This document shows, in pieces, positions 18,941 through 28,999 of a DNA stretch of 64,000 nt. The notes under the pieces are model-generated. The model did not search any database, was not told where the DNA came from, and was given only the letters and a program-made list of their open reading frames with translations. The position numbers and the translations under genes are program-made. The first letter of the stretch is position 1, and the number at the start of each line of letters is the position of its first letter. This DNA comes from a virus. The stretch lies in IMG/VR virus record IMGVR_UViG_3300020391_000003, positions 120,325 through 184,324 of that record. The stretch is one strand, 5' to 3'.

Positions 18941-19453
18941 ATGAGCGAACTCTCAGAAAGTAATCATATGTCAGATCATGGCAATACAAATAAAAAAGTA
19001 AAATCTGAATTGTATCACATTTGGAAAAAGGCCAGGGTGATGTATGATATGGTAAAGGATGAATCTAATTTAGAAGGTTGGGTTAAGAATAATATAGCTC
19101 AAGCATATGATTTGATTGACCAAGCTATGAGATACTCTGAATACGAGCAAATGTTCCCAGAAAAACAGCCAGAAACCCCTGAAGAAGAAAAAAATAATTT
19201 TCTTACAAATGAAGACAAAAGGTATCCAACTCCAACCGCGCAAGAATCAGGTGATCAGTTTATGACTAGATGTATTTTAGACGCAAATATGAAAAAAAGA
19301 TATCCTGTTCAAGGCGATAGGTTTGCTGCTTGCATGTCAATTTATAATGAAAATAAAGATGCCCCTTCAGAAAATCCCGGAGAAAAATTTGAAGATCCAA
19401 TGCAGGTAAAAGAGGATCCAATGGGCGATCCAATTAAACCTCTTCTTCCGTAA
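18941..19453 (+). CDS. Hypothetical head-associated protein with two-Cys module
   Basis: LEGWVKNNIAQAYD helical segment; YPTPTAQESGDQFMTRC...RFAAC; GTGTA 9 nt upstream. Confidence 0.6.
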   Translation: MSELSESNHMSDHGNTNKKVKSELYHIWKKARVMYDMVKDESNLEGWVKNNIAQAYDLIDQAMRYSEYEQMFPEKQPETPEEEKNNFLTNEDKRYPTPTAQESGDQFMTRCILDANMKKRYPVQGDRFAACMSIYNENKDAPSENPGEKFEDPMQVKEDPMGDPIKPLLP

Positions 19454-21890
19454 TATTATTTATTATTTTTCCTTTGCACAAGGAAAACTTTATTTCTGAG
19501 CCAGCAACTAATTTATTACTTAAGAGCATCTTAGACAAATCATTTTCAATAAATTTTTGAATAAGTCTTTTGATTGGTCTTGCTCCCATTTTTTCCTCAT
19601 GCGCTGCTTCAGCTATATGTCTGACTGCTTTAGGGGTGACCGAGATAGATATATTTTTGTGAAAAAGTTTATTTTCTAAGTCTTGAAGCTCAAGTCTTGC
19701 TATTTGTCCAAGTTGGCTAATATTAAAATCCTCAAAAACTATAACCTCATTTAGTCTATTTAAAAATTCTGGTTTAAAATAAATTTTTAATTCTGATTTA
19801 ATTTTATCTGCAGAATTAGAAGAGGTATCTGTAGAAAAACCAACAGATGCTTTGTCTAATTTTTCACTACCAACATTGCCTGTTAATATTATTGTGCAAT
19901 TAGAAAAGTTAATTTTTCTTCCAGAATTATCAGTGACAAAACCTTCTTCTAATATTTGCAAAAGAACATTTAAAACTTCAGGATGAGCTTTTTCTACTTC
20001 ATCAAATAATACTACACTGTAAGGGTTTCTTCTTACTTTTTCTGTCAATTCTCCTCCTTCTTCATATCCAACATACCCTGGAGATGCTCCAATTAATCTG
20101 CTTGAAGAAATTTTTTCAGAAAATTCACTCATATCAATTTGTATAAGTTTGCTTTTGTCTCCGTATATATATTCAGCTATACATTTAGCAGTATATGTTT
20201 TTCCTGTTCCAGTCGCACCAACAAGCAAAAAGCTACCTACTGGTTTATTTGGATCTTGAAGTCCAGATTTAGATCTAAGGATACATTCGGAAATTTCTTT
20301 AAGAGCAGTAGATTGGCCAATAATCTTTTTATTTAATTTTTTGAACAATCCGAGCATTTTGTCGGAATCTTTTTTTGAAATTTCAGATATAGGAATTCTA
20401 GTTCTAGAAGATATAACTTCATAAATATCTTTCTTTTTTACAGATATTTTTCTTTTCATGGTTTTTTTTGCCCAATTATCAATTATACCATCATATTCTT
20501 CTAATAATTGTAACTGCTTGTCTTCTAGGTCTATTGACTGAGCTCCAATCAAATTAAGCTTTGACTCTTGAAGTGCGAGCTCTTCTAGCTTGTGCTCAAT
20601 GTCTTTTGCTTCTTGAGGTCTTTCTATATTTTTTATTTTAACTTTTGATCCCACCTGATCAATAATATCAATTGCTTTATCTGGAAACTGCTTGTCAAAA
20701 ATATATCTTGATGTAAGCTCTACTGCTAGATCAAGGACTTCTGGTGGATATAATATCCCATGAAATTCTTCGTACTTTGATTTAATTCCCTCAAGTATTT
20801 CTCTGGTTTGCTCTTTGGTTGGTTCTAAAACCGTTACTGCCTGAAAGCGCCTATCTAGTGCTCCATCTTTAAGTATAGATTTTTTATACTCGTCTTGAGT
20901 AGTCGCTCCAATGCATTTCAATTCTCCTCTGGCAAGTAAAGGTTTTAATATATTTGCGGCATCCATACTTCCTTCTGCGCTGCCTGCACCAACCAGAGTA
21001 TGTATTTCGTCGATGAATAAAACTAAGTTGTCATTTTTTTTAGCTTCATCTATAACACCTTTTAGTCTTTCCTCAAATTGACCTCTATATTTTGTTCCTG
21101 CGATTAAGGAACCTAAGTCTAAAGAATATATTGTTTTATTTAAAAGAAAATCAGAGGCTTCTCCACTGTTAATTTTTTGAGCTAGTCCTTCAACAATCGC
21201 AGTTTTACCAACTCCAGCTTCACCCAAAAGAACTGGATTGTTTTTTGTTCTTCTACATAAAATTTCAGAAACTTCGTATATTTCTTGACTCTTGCCTACT
21301 ATATTATCAAACTTTCCTTGGGAGGCCATAGCATTTAAATTTGTAGCAAATTTCTCTAAATTTTGTATGTTTTTTTCTTTTACTGATTTAGTCTTGCTTC
21401 TATTAGGAGAGGAAGGTTTTTGTACACCGGAAGCTTCTTTGCCAAGGTGCAGATAATCTCTAACTTCAGAAATAATATCATCTTCAGAAGCGTTAAAGGA
21501 ATTGAAATATTTGGGTATATTTGATTCTTCGTATTTTAGTAACGCTAAAAGAATGTGTTCTATCCCTACGTATTCATGTCCTAGCTTGCTTGCTATAGAT
21601 GCAGAAACTTTTAAAACTAGATGAAAATGTTGATCAAATGAAGGTTCCATCATCATGTCAAAACTTGTCTGATCAAAATTAAAAAAAGAGCTTTCAATTT
21701 TTTCTTTTAATAAATTTTGGTCAATTTTAAGCAAGAAAAGTATTTCGGCTAGTATCCCAGCATTTAAATTAACCATTCCATAAAATAAGTGATCAAGTGT
21801 CACAAATTCATTGGAATATTTTCTTGCAACTTTTTTAGCTTCATTAATTGCCTGCTGAGCGCGAGGCGTAAAATTAGGTTTAGGAGTCAT
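19434..21890 (-). CDS. clpC: ATP-dependent Clp protease ATPase subunit (ClpC/ClpA family)
   Basis: Clp N-domain repeats; NBD1 GEAGVGKT/LFIDEIH; NBD2 GATGTGKT/LFDEVEKAH; VGF loop; MGARPIKR. Start may be 21890 or 21896. Confidence 0.9.
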   Translation of the reverse strand: MTPKPNFTPRAQQAINEAKKVARKYSNEFVTLDHLFYGMVNLNAGILAEILFLLKIDQNLLKEKIESSFFNFDQTSFDMMMEPSFDQHFHLVLKVSASIASKLGHEYVGIEHILLALLKYEESNIPKYFNSFNASEDDIISEVRDYLHLGKEASGVQKPSSPNRSKTKSVKEKNIQNLEKFATNLNAMASQGKFDNIVGKSQEIYEVSEILCRRTKNNPVLLGEAGVGKTAIVEGLAQKINSGEASDFLLNKTIYSLDLGSLIAGTKYRGQFEERLKGVIDEAKKNDNLVLFIDEIHTLVGAGSAEGSMDAANILKPLLARGELKCIGATTQDEYKKSILKDGALDRRFQAVTVLEPTKEQTREILEGIKSKYEEFHGILYPPEVLDLAVELTSRYIFDKQFPDKAIDIIDQVGSKVKIKNIERPQEAKDIEHKLEELALQESKLNLIGAQSIDLEDKQLQLLEEYDGIIDNWAKKTMKRKISVKKKDIYEVISSRTRIPISEISKKDSDKMLGLFKKLNKKIIGQSTALKEISECILRSKSGLQDPNKPVGSFLLVGATGTGKTYTAKCIAEYIYGDKSKLIQIDMSEFSEKISSSRLIGASPGYVGYEEGGELTEKVRRNPYSVVLFDEVEKAHPEVLNVLLQILEEGFVTDNSGRKINFSNCTIILTGNVGSEKLDKASVGFSTDTSSNSADKIKSELKIYFKPEFLNRLNEVIVFEDFNISQLGQIARLELQDLENKLFHKNISISVTPKAVRHIAEAAHEEKMGARPIKRLIQKFIENDLSKMLLSNKLVAGSEIKFSLCKGKIINNITEEEV

Positions 21891-21912
21891 CTTCATATAT
21901 TTACACTGTAAA

Positions 21913-24474
21913 TTATTTAACGTCAGACATTTTCATATAGATCTTTTCATCCATAATATTCAATGAATCAAGAAATACTATATCTTCGCCTTTTCTTCCA
22001 TAAGCTACAATAATACTCTTTTTAGACGGAGTTTTATTTTTAGATTCAAAGTACCTATCATAATAGTTTCCTCTTCTTGAATTGAGTAACATAGCATCGT
22101 ATTTACCAAATTCATCAGAGATGGAAAGCTTCATATACTTATTTCCATTTCTAGATGTTCTTTTAATGCAGTCGTCAACCACGCCAATAAATTTTCCTTT
22201 TTCATCTGACTCCATAATTTTAAGATCTCTAGAATCTAAAAGAGAATTATATGAGTCAATAAAACATGATTTCAAGTTAGAGCTATGGCTATAACCCAGC
22301 AACTCTGTTTCAAAATACCAGTTTGCAAAAGTTTCATAAGGCTTGTTTTTATCATAAATAGATTTATAAACATCATACTTCTTCTTAAATGTTTTAAAAC
22401 GAGACTCCTTCATGAGAGGCTTTCCATCATCGCCAACTAATTCTCCTTTTTTTGCATCAGAAATACAATTAAGAAGTTTATATTGATATTTTTCTCCGAG
22501 CAATATAAAGTTTCTTTTTTCTCTTTCAGTTAAAAGATTAAATGCTTGAGCCTCTAAAACCATCAGCGATCTATTTGAACCTTTACTTTGTAATGATCCA
22601 GCTTGTATTAATGCACTAAGCACGCCAATATTTAATCCTGCTTGTTTGGCGGCAAGAAATATATCATATTTTGTTGGCGTGTCACTCGACCTAAAATCTT
22701 TTAGAGACTGCAGAGACTTTTCGCTTACTCCTTTTATACTGTTTAATCCAAAGCGAATATCTTTGCCTTCAATCGAAAAATCCATATTAGATTTTGCTAA
22801 ATCTGGCGAAAGTAATTTAATACCAAAGCTTGATAATTCTTTGCATATTTTTGATATTTCTTCTTGAGGTGCAGGCTCATACTTTGTCATCTTCAATAGA
22901 GACAAGAAGAACTGTTGTGGATGCTGAAACTTTAAGTATGTAGTCCATGCACTCAGAACAGAATAACTCAAAGAGTGTGATTTATTAAATGAGTAGTTGG
23001 CGCTATCTTCTGCAACGCTCCAAAGAATAGTTCCTACTTCTGGAGGTAAATCATTTTCCTCTACTTTTTCTCGTATCTTTGCTTTCCAAGCTGGCATTTG
23101 ATCAACTTTCTTTTTGCCCACTATTCTTCTTAACTGCTCTGATTCGTCAAGGGTAAAACCTACCTTGACGGCCATTTGCATAAGCTGCTCTTGATAAAGA
23201 GGAATACCTCCTGTATAATCTAAAACATCAGTAAAAAACTCATGAATGACTTGTGCTTCACCAGTTTCAATATATGTCGCATAGTCTTGGAGAAATTCTA
23301 AAGCGCCAGGTCTTCCAATGGCTACAACCGCGCTAAGCTCTTCTAGGCTTCTAGGCTTGATTTTTTTGCATACTCTATAGTTGGTGTCAGATTCAATTTG
23401 AAAAAGGCCGTGAGGCGCGCTAAGCGACTGCAAGGGGGTAAATGTGGAAACCTCATTTAAGTCAATATCTTCGCAATCAATATTTAGCTCTTTACATACA
23501 TCATGAATTACGCTCAAGGTGCGCAGTCCCAAAATATCAAATTTAACCATAAGTTCTGAAACCCAGTTCATGTCATATCCAGTTACCAAGGCTCCGTCGT
23601 TGGACTTTTGTATTGGGCATATGTCAGTCATTTTGTCAAAAGAAATTGCGATTCCGCTTGGATGAACTCCAGTGTTTTTGTTGAGCCCTTCTAGCTTTAA
23701 CGCTATGTTAAACGACTCTGCATTTTCTGCAGACCAGTCAACGAATTTTTCGCTTTCCTCTAAAGCAGTTTTAAGCGGAACAACAACTCCAAATCTTTTG
23801 GGAATAGTGTCGCTAACTTCATTAACTTCTTGCTCTGATAACTCACCAACTATCTTGCCGCATTCTTTTATGCATAGCTTGCCGCTTAGGGTATTGAGTG
23901 TTAAAATTTTTGCAGTCCTGCCAGGGTGTTTTTTATCAATATAATTTATTACCTCTACTCTTCTTTCGTACGCAATATCGTTATCAACGTCTGCTAGTAA
24001 ACTTCCGTCGAGATATGTAATACCATTATGTTCAATTTTTCTCGCTCTGCTTTTAGAAACAAACCTTTCAAAGAAAAGATTATATTTTACGGGGTCTACG
24101 TTTGTGACTCCTATTAAATATAAAACTAAGGATCCTGCAGCAGAACCTCTGCCTGGGCCAGTAGGTATATTGTTTTCATGGCAGTAATTTAGTATATCCC
24201 AATTTAGCAAAATATAATCCGTAAATCCAAGATCTTCTAAAATTGTTAACTCTGTTTTTGCGCGGTCAAAGTAGTCTTTTTTGTTTTCAAATTTGTCTAT
24301 ACCTTTATCATAAACACCTTTGTGGCAGAGTTTTCTGAGAAAATCATAGTTTGAGATATTAGGTTTTGCGTCAAGCATTTTATAATATCTGTCTTCGATT
24401 TTGATATTTGGAAGTCTGACTCCAACTGGCACGCAGTCATCATAGGATGAAAATTGTTCTGTAAAATTACTCAT
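21913..24474 (-). CDS. dnaE: DNA polymerase III alpha (family C) core lacking the PHP domain
   Basis: GPGRGSAAGSLVLY, FERF, DVDND, HPSG, KFDILGL, YQEQLM, YSFNKSH; C-terminal OB fold; start at ATGA overlap 24474. Confidence 0.92.
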   Translation of the reverse strand: MSNFTEQFSSYDDCVPVGVRLPNIKIEDRYYKMLDAKPNISNYDFLRKLCHKGVYDKGIDKFENKKDYFDRAKTELTILEDLGFTDYILLNWDILNYCHENNIPTGPGRGSAAGSLVLYLIGVTNVDPVKYNLFFERFVSKSRARKIEHNGITYLDGSLLADVDNDIAYERRVEVINYIDKKHPGRTAKILTLNTLSGKLCIKECGKIVGELSEQEVNEVSDTIPKRFGVVVPLKTALEESEKFVDWSAENAESFNIALKLEGLNKNTGVHPSGIAISFDKMTDICPIQKSNDGALVTGYDMNWVSELMVKFDILGLRTLSVIHDVCKELNIDCEDIDLNEVSTFTPLQSLSAPHGLFQIESDTNYRVCKKIKPRSLEELSAVVAIGRPGALEFLQDYATYIETGEAQVIHEFFTDVLDYTGGIPLYQEQLMQMAVKVGFTLDESEQLRRIVGKKKVDQMPAWKAKIREKVEENDLPPEVGTILWSVAEDSANYSFNKSHSLSYSVLSAWTTYLKFQHPQQFFLSLLKMTKYEPAPQEEISKICKELSSFGIKLLSPDLAKSNMDFSIEGKDIRFGLNSIKGVSEKSLQSLKDFRSSDTPTKYDIFLAAKQAGLNIGVLSALIQAGSLQSKGSNRSLMVLEAQAFNLLTEREKRNFILLGEKYQYKLLNCISDAKKGELVGDDGKPLMKESRFKTFKKKYDVYKSIYDKNKPYETFANWYFETELLGYSHSSNLKSCFIDSYNSLLDSRDLKIMESDEKGKFIGVVDDCIKRTSRNGNKYMKLSISDEFGKYDAMLLNSRRGNYYDRYFESKNKTPSKKSIIVAYGRKGEDIVFLDSLNIMDEKIYMKMSDVK

Positions 24475-25115
24475 ATTTCTATTTCCCATATCATTTTTTT
24501 AAATACTTCAAAATTAACTTCAATATCGTATAATGCATCATGAAGCTTATTTTCATTAAAAGGCACATCAAAATCTTTGCAGCATTGTTTTAAATTACAA
24601 GATAACCCTCTTTCTATTAAGTGATTTAGTCTATATTGCCATGCCAGAAAGTCGTCGTCTTTATTTAATTTAATTCTTTTCTTTAGAGCTTTAGCTAGAC
24701 AGAGAGTGTCAACCAGTTGGTTGGCATAAGAAAAGTCTGGCTTGTATTTTTCATTCACAAGTTTGCGATGTAAATTGTGCATGTAAACATCAAAACCTAA
24801 AAGGTTATGCCCCACCTTAATATAATCTGGGTCATATAAATATTTTTCAAAATGTTCTAGAGCTTGTTTTGGGCAAGATGCTTTTTTATCATATTTAGCT
24901 TTTGTGAAACCGGTAATTTTTGCGGCTTCAGGAGAGACAGTTAAGTCGTTCCATTTTAACCAATAATCTTTTGATTCTATAATTTTATTATTTTCCACAA
25001 CAAGAAATGCTAATTGCCATGGTTTATTATTTGATACCAAATTTAAATTGCATGTTTCATAATCGAACAGTAAGTATTTTTGATTTTTTTTAAATCTTAA
25101 TAGTGATTCTTTCAT
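24471..25115 (-). CDS. DEDD 3'-5' exonuclease (epsilon-like)
   Basis: LFDYET (Exo I), GHNLLGFD (Exo II), HDALYD (Exo III). Confidence 0.85.
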   Translation of the reverse strand: MKESLLRFKKNQKYLLFDYETCNLNLVSNNKPWQLAFLVVENNKIIESKDYWLKWNDLTVSPEAAKITGFTKAKYDKKASCPKQALEHFEKYLYDPDYIKVGHNLLGFDVYMHNLHRKLVNEKYKPDFSYANQLVDTLCLAKALKKRIKLNKDDDFLAWQYRLNHLIERGLSCNLKQCCKDFDVPFNENKLHDALYDIEVNFEVFKKMIWEIEI

Positions 25116-25621
25116 TTTAAATCTTCTCTTTCTGGGTTGCCATAGTTTATTAAAATTTCTTCCCCCTTTTTGATGTCAATTACAGATGTATATCTAAATA
25201 AAAAATCATCAAAATCTATTTCCCAATTTGCGTTATATTTTTTTTCGGAATGATTAAATATCATTCCATAGCCTAAAACTGCAGCCGTACAGTAAATTTC
25301 AGAAATATCTTTATACCCCAACTCTTCTAGATCCTTAAGTATTTTATTTTTTAAACCTTCGTCGCCAATGTGTGAAGCTAGAGAAATTTTGAAATTAATT
25401 TCTTCATTTTCCTCGGGGGAGCTTGCTTCGTTATAAAAAAGAGAAAAGAAATATCTACTGAGCTCTTTGTCTTGAAAAGTTTGTTTTGCGCCGCAAACTA
25501 TAAAGTGAGCTTCTTCAAGTATTTCTCCTTCTTTAATATTCTCTGAAGCAAATACGCCTCTGCCTCCAATGTTGGATTTTCCGATTGATATTTTGTTATT
25601 TCTTATTAGTTCGTACTTCAT
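25112..25621 (-). CDS. SET-domain protein (putative lysine methyltransferase)
   Basis: GRGVFASENIKEGEILE, MIFNHS, DIKKGEEILINYG; probable start MKYELI at 25621. Confidence 0.85.
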   Translation of the reverse strand: MKYELIRNNKISIGKSNIGGRGVFASENIKEGEILEEAHFIVCGAKQTFQDKELSRYFFSLFYNEASSPEENEEINFKISLASHIGDEGLKNKILKDLEELGYKDISEIYCTAAVLGYGMIFNHSEKKYNANWEIDFDDFLFRYTSVIDIKKGEEILINYGNPEREDLK

Positions 25622-26375
25622 TTTCTTGCTTCCAGCTTTGAAAACTAAATTGATCGCTTCCAAAATGGTCTAGGTTTGGTTTGCTCAGCGTTTTATTGCC
25701 AAAACTTCTTCCTGTAATGCATTTATAGGTTTGAAGTGCGGCTACATCTTTGTTTTGTTTGTAATAAATGCTTTTTGTTTGCTCTGTTTTAAAGTCGTTA
25801 GAGCGGCAGTATTCTGAAACTTTTTCTGACAAGAAGTTGTCAAATGGAAGTCCATTATTTTCAATAAAGAAAACAGGTTTACAAAAATCAAAATTTGGTG
25901 TGCAATTAGAAAACTTCATAAGATTATTGTATATAAAACTATCATAAAATGGAATTGCCATGATTAGACTTCTGCTTGACCAGTGCTTTTTTAAAAGTTT
26001 GTGATCAACGCAGTTGTGATTCTTTGTAAATGCTTCGCTGTAAATTTTATTAATTAATTGACATCCCTTTGCGTTTCTTGCAAACAGGATTATTTTGTGC
26101 GAGCTGTCCAGTGATTCTTCTTTGGGATCTATCATTCCATCTTCTTTCATATTTATTCTTAGTCCGAAGACTAGTTTGATGCCTAGCTTGTCTGCGTTTT
26201 TCTTCGCTTGAAGAAATCCAGTAAGCGAATCTTCAACTAAAACTATTTCTTTTAAATTATTTTCTACAGCAATACTAAAAATGCTATCTGCTCCGCCTTC
26301 TTTTTGTGTAATTGGATCATCTAGAGTTAATATACTTTTGCCGATAGAAAAGTGGCTTTTGAATAATGCGATCAT
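25596..26375 (-). CDS. Stand-alone PHP domain of DnaE
   Basis: FKSHFSIGKSIL, VED..GF, GIKLVFGL, HKIILFARNAKGCQLINKIYS resemble the DnaE N-terminus; start at 26375 supported by the promoter. Confidence 0.75.
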   Translation of the reverse strand: MIALFKSHFSIGKSILTLDDPITQKEGGADSIFSIAVENNLKEIVLVEDSLTGFLQAKKNADKLGIKLVFGLRINMKEDGMIDPKEESLDSSHKIILFARNAKGCQLINKIYSEAFTKNHNCVDHKLLKKHWSSRSLIMAIPFYDSFIYNNLMKFSNCTPNFDFCKPVFFIENNGLPFDNFLSEKVSEYCRSNDFKTEQTKSIYYKQNKDVAALQTYKCITGRSFGNKTLSKPNLDHFGSDQFSFQSWKQENEVRTNKK

Positions 26376-26382
26376 GCCCACT

Positions 26383-26411
26383 ATTTTATCAATAAATGCG
26401 GTCTTTGTCAA
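26383..26411 (-). promoter_or_regulatory. sigma70-like promoter for the PHP-SET-exo-dnaE operon
   Basis: TTGACA, 17 nt, TAAAAT; ATG 7 nt downstream. Confidence 0.8.
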
Positions 26412-26446
26412 GCTCTAAAAAAGTTATCAACAATTTAAAAATACAA

Positions 26447-26475
26447 TTGACAGGAACCCATTTAAATGTTAATAT
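26447..26475 (+). promoter_or_regulatory. sigma70-like promoter for nrdA
   Basis: TTGACA, 17 nt, TAATAT with a TG extension. Confidence 0.7.
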
Positions 26476-26486
26476 TTTAGGTAAAT

Positions 26487-28946
26487 ATGGATATCAAAGT
26501 AAAAAAACGAAACGGACGTCTTCAGGACTTTAGAGTAGAAAAAATAAATACAAATGTGGAAAGGGCATGCGAAGACATTTCAGAGGTTTCTGTTAGCGAA
26601 GTAGTACTCGATGCCCAGCTACAATTGTATGACAAAATCACCACCCGAGAAATAGATACAGCATTAATTCTTAGTGCTAGAGAAAAAATTGAGAAGGAAC
26701 CTGACTATAGCTTTGTGGCAGCTAGACTTCTTTTAAATACTGTATACAAAGAAGTTTTTAAAGAGGGTGTTGACTCCGACATATTTAAATTGCAATATAG
26801 GAAAAGCTTTATTCAGGGCGTTAAGCGTCTAGTCAAGCTCGAAAGGTTAAATCCAAAAATGCTTGAGTTTGATCTTCAAAAGCTTTCGGAAGCAATTAAA
26901 ATTCATAGAGATTTAAAATTTAAATACCTGGGCATTCAGATTTTAACAGATAGATACTTTATTAGAGAAGAAGGAAAACTCATGGAAGCTCCTCAATCTT
27001 TTTGGATGAGGGTTGCCATGGGTCTTGCTATCAACGAAGAAAACAAAGAAGACAAGGCTATTGAGTTTTACAATTTATTTAGTAAGTTTTTATATACTTC
27101 TTCGACGCCAACTTTATTTAATAGTGGAACCGTAAGGTCCCAGCTTAGCTCGTGCTACCTTAATACATTTGATGATAGCATCGATGGAATTTTTGATGGA
27201 GCTTGGCAGGAGGCAAGAAAATCAAAATATGCTGGTGGGCTGGGTCTTGACGTTACACCTTTTAGATCAACTGGTTCCCATATTCAAGGAACCAATGGAG
27301 TATCTAGCGGATTGGTACCTTGGTTAAAAATTTATAACGATTTATTGGTTGCGGTTAATCAAGGCGGAAAGCGTCCAGGTGCAGGATGTGCATATCTCGA
27401 ACCCTGGCATTTAGACTTCGAGGACTTTCTTAATCTTCGTAGAAATACTGGAGATGATCGATTGAGGTGTCATGACATGAATACCGCTTCATGGATTCCT
27501 GACGAGTTTATGAGAAGAGTTCAAAATGAAGATGTTTGGTATTTTTTCGATCCTAGAGAAGCTGACCTACATGATTGCTTTGGCTCTGAGTTTGACAAAA
27601 GATATAAAAAGCTCTGCAATCAAGCAGAAGAAGGATTAATCAAAAATTACAGAGTGATGCCTGCAAAAGAATTATGGAAGAAAATGCTAAAAGTACTTTT
27701 TGAAACTTCTCATCCTTGGAATACTTTTAAAGATCCTTGCAATATCAGATACACAAATCAGCATGAAGGTATCGTTCACAGCAGCAATTTATGCACGGAG
27801 ATAACCCTACATACCAAAGCTTCCAAGTATGATAAAGGACAAAAAACCGAAGTTGGAGAAACAGCTGTGTGCAATCTTGGATCAGTAAATTTGCTTAATC
27901 ATCTCAACGAAGATGGGGATGACATCGATTATATTAAGCTAGAAAAAACAATTCATACCGCAATCAGAATGCTTGATAATGTTATTGATTTGAATTTTTA
28001 TCCAACCTTAGAAGCGTCAAATTCTAATTTAAGAAATCGACCTATAGGCCTTGGCCTTATGGGATTGCATGATATTCTTCATAAAAAGAACATTATAATT
28101 GACAGCAAAGAAGCTGTAGATTTTAGCGATAAACTGTTTGAGTTTTATTCAATGCATGCAATTTATGCCAGTTCTATATTGGCAGCTGAGAGAGGCAAGT
28201 ACGAAACTTACGAGGGTTCTCTTTGGAGCGGGGGGGTATTTCCAATTGATTCTTATAATAATTTAATGGTATACAGAGGAAAACAAAAAGTTCCCCAACA
28301 ATCTGTAACAGGCAAGCCTCTTACCGGAACAGGTCAAACGTTTGAGGATTGGTCAAAAGTTAGAGTTCATGTGGGAGAACACGGCATGAGAAATTCTAAT
28401 GTAATGGCTATAGCTCCAACGGCAACTATTGGATATATAAATGGTATTGAGCAGAGTATAGAACCTAATTTTTCTGTATTATTTGTATACGAAAATAAAA
28501 GCGGTAATTTCTTTATTACTAATGCGCATTTTATTGATGATATGAAATCAAGAGGTTTATGGAATAGTGAAATAGCTTCATTGGTAAAAGAAGCTGATGG
28601 CGACCTATCATTATTAAATGGATCTATACCTAAAGATTTAAAAGAAAAATATAAGACAGCTTTTGATAGAGATATGTTTACGCTAATTGATGCCAATGCA
28701 GCAAGACAAAAATGGATGGATCAATCAATTAGTTTTAATTTATACAATAAATCAACTTCACTTAAATACTTAAATGATGTTTATATGGCTTGCTGGGAAG
28801 CTGGCCTCAAAACAACTTATTATCTTCGTAATAGAGCTGCGTCTAAGGTAGAAAAATCTCACGCTGAGGATCAAAAAAATGAAGAGCAAACCTCTTGTAG
28901 TATTGAGGCAATGAAAAATGGAGAGTCTTGTGAAAGTTGTCAATAA
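26487..28946 (+). CDS. nrdA: Ribonucleoside-diphosphate reductase alpha subunit (class I)
   Basis: ATP cone VKKRNG; TPTLFNSG, LSSCY, SNLCTEI, VCNLGS, APTAT, TTYYLR, C-terminal CESCQ. Confidence 0.95.
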   Translation: MDIKVKKRNGRLQDFRVEKINTNVERACEDISEVSVSEVVLDAQLQLYDKITTREIDTALILSAREKIEKEPDYSFVAARLLLNTVYKEVFKEGVDSDIFKLQYRKSFIQGVKRLVKLERLNPKMLEFDLQKLSEAIKIHRDLKFKYLGIQILTDRYFIREEGKLMEAPQSFWMRVAMGLAINEENKEDKAIEFYNLFSKFLYTSSTPTLFNSGTVRSQLSSCYLNTFDDSIDGIFDGAWQEARKSKYAGGLGLDVTPFRSTGSHIQGTNGVSSGLVPWLKIYNDLLVAVNQGGKRPGAGCAYLEPWHLDFEDFLNLRRNTGDDRLRCHDMNTASWIPDEFMRRVQNEDVWYFFDPREADLHDCFGSEFDKRYKKLCNQAEEGLIKNYRVMPAKELWKKMLKVLFETSHPWNTFKDPCNIRYTNQHEGIVHSSNLCTEITLHTKASKYDKGQKTEVGETAVCNLGSVNLLNHLNEDGDDIDYIKLEKTIHTAIRMLDNVIDLNFYPTLEASNSNLRNRPIGLGLMGLHDILHKKNIIIDSKEAVDFSDKLFEFYSMHAIYASSILAAERGKYETYEGSLWSGGVFPIDSYNNLMVYRGKQKVPQQSVTGKPLTGTGQTFEDWSKVRVHVGEHGMRNSNVMAIAPTATIGYINGIEQSIEPNFSVLFVYENKSGNFFITNAHFIDDMKSRGLWNSEIASLVKEADGDLSLLNGSIPKDLKEKYKTAFDRDMFTLIDANAARQKWMDQSISFNLYNKSTSLKYLNDVYMACWEAGLKTTYYLRNRAASKVEKSHAEDQKNEEQTSCSIEAMKNGESCESCQ

Positions 28947-28963
28947 TTTATTTGAACTTAGGC

Positions 28964-28992
28964 TTGACTATTTTCGTTATTTAATGTAGAAT
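28964..28992 (+). promoter_or_regulatory. sigma70-like promoter for nrdB
   Basis: TTGACT, 17 nt, TAGAAT; ATG 7 nt downstream. Confidence 0.75.
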
Positions 28993-28999
28993 ATAAACC

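Noticed and set aside
12587-28946. Inteins or group I introns in terL, dnaE or nrdA
   Set aside because: Lengths are ordinary and no Hint, LAGLIDADG or HN-C/S/T junction motifs were seen
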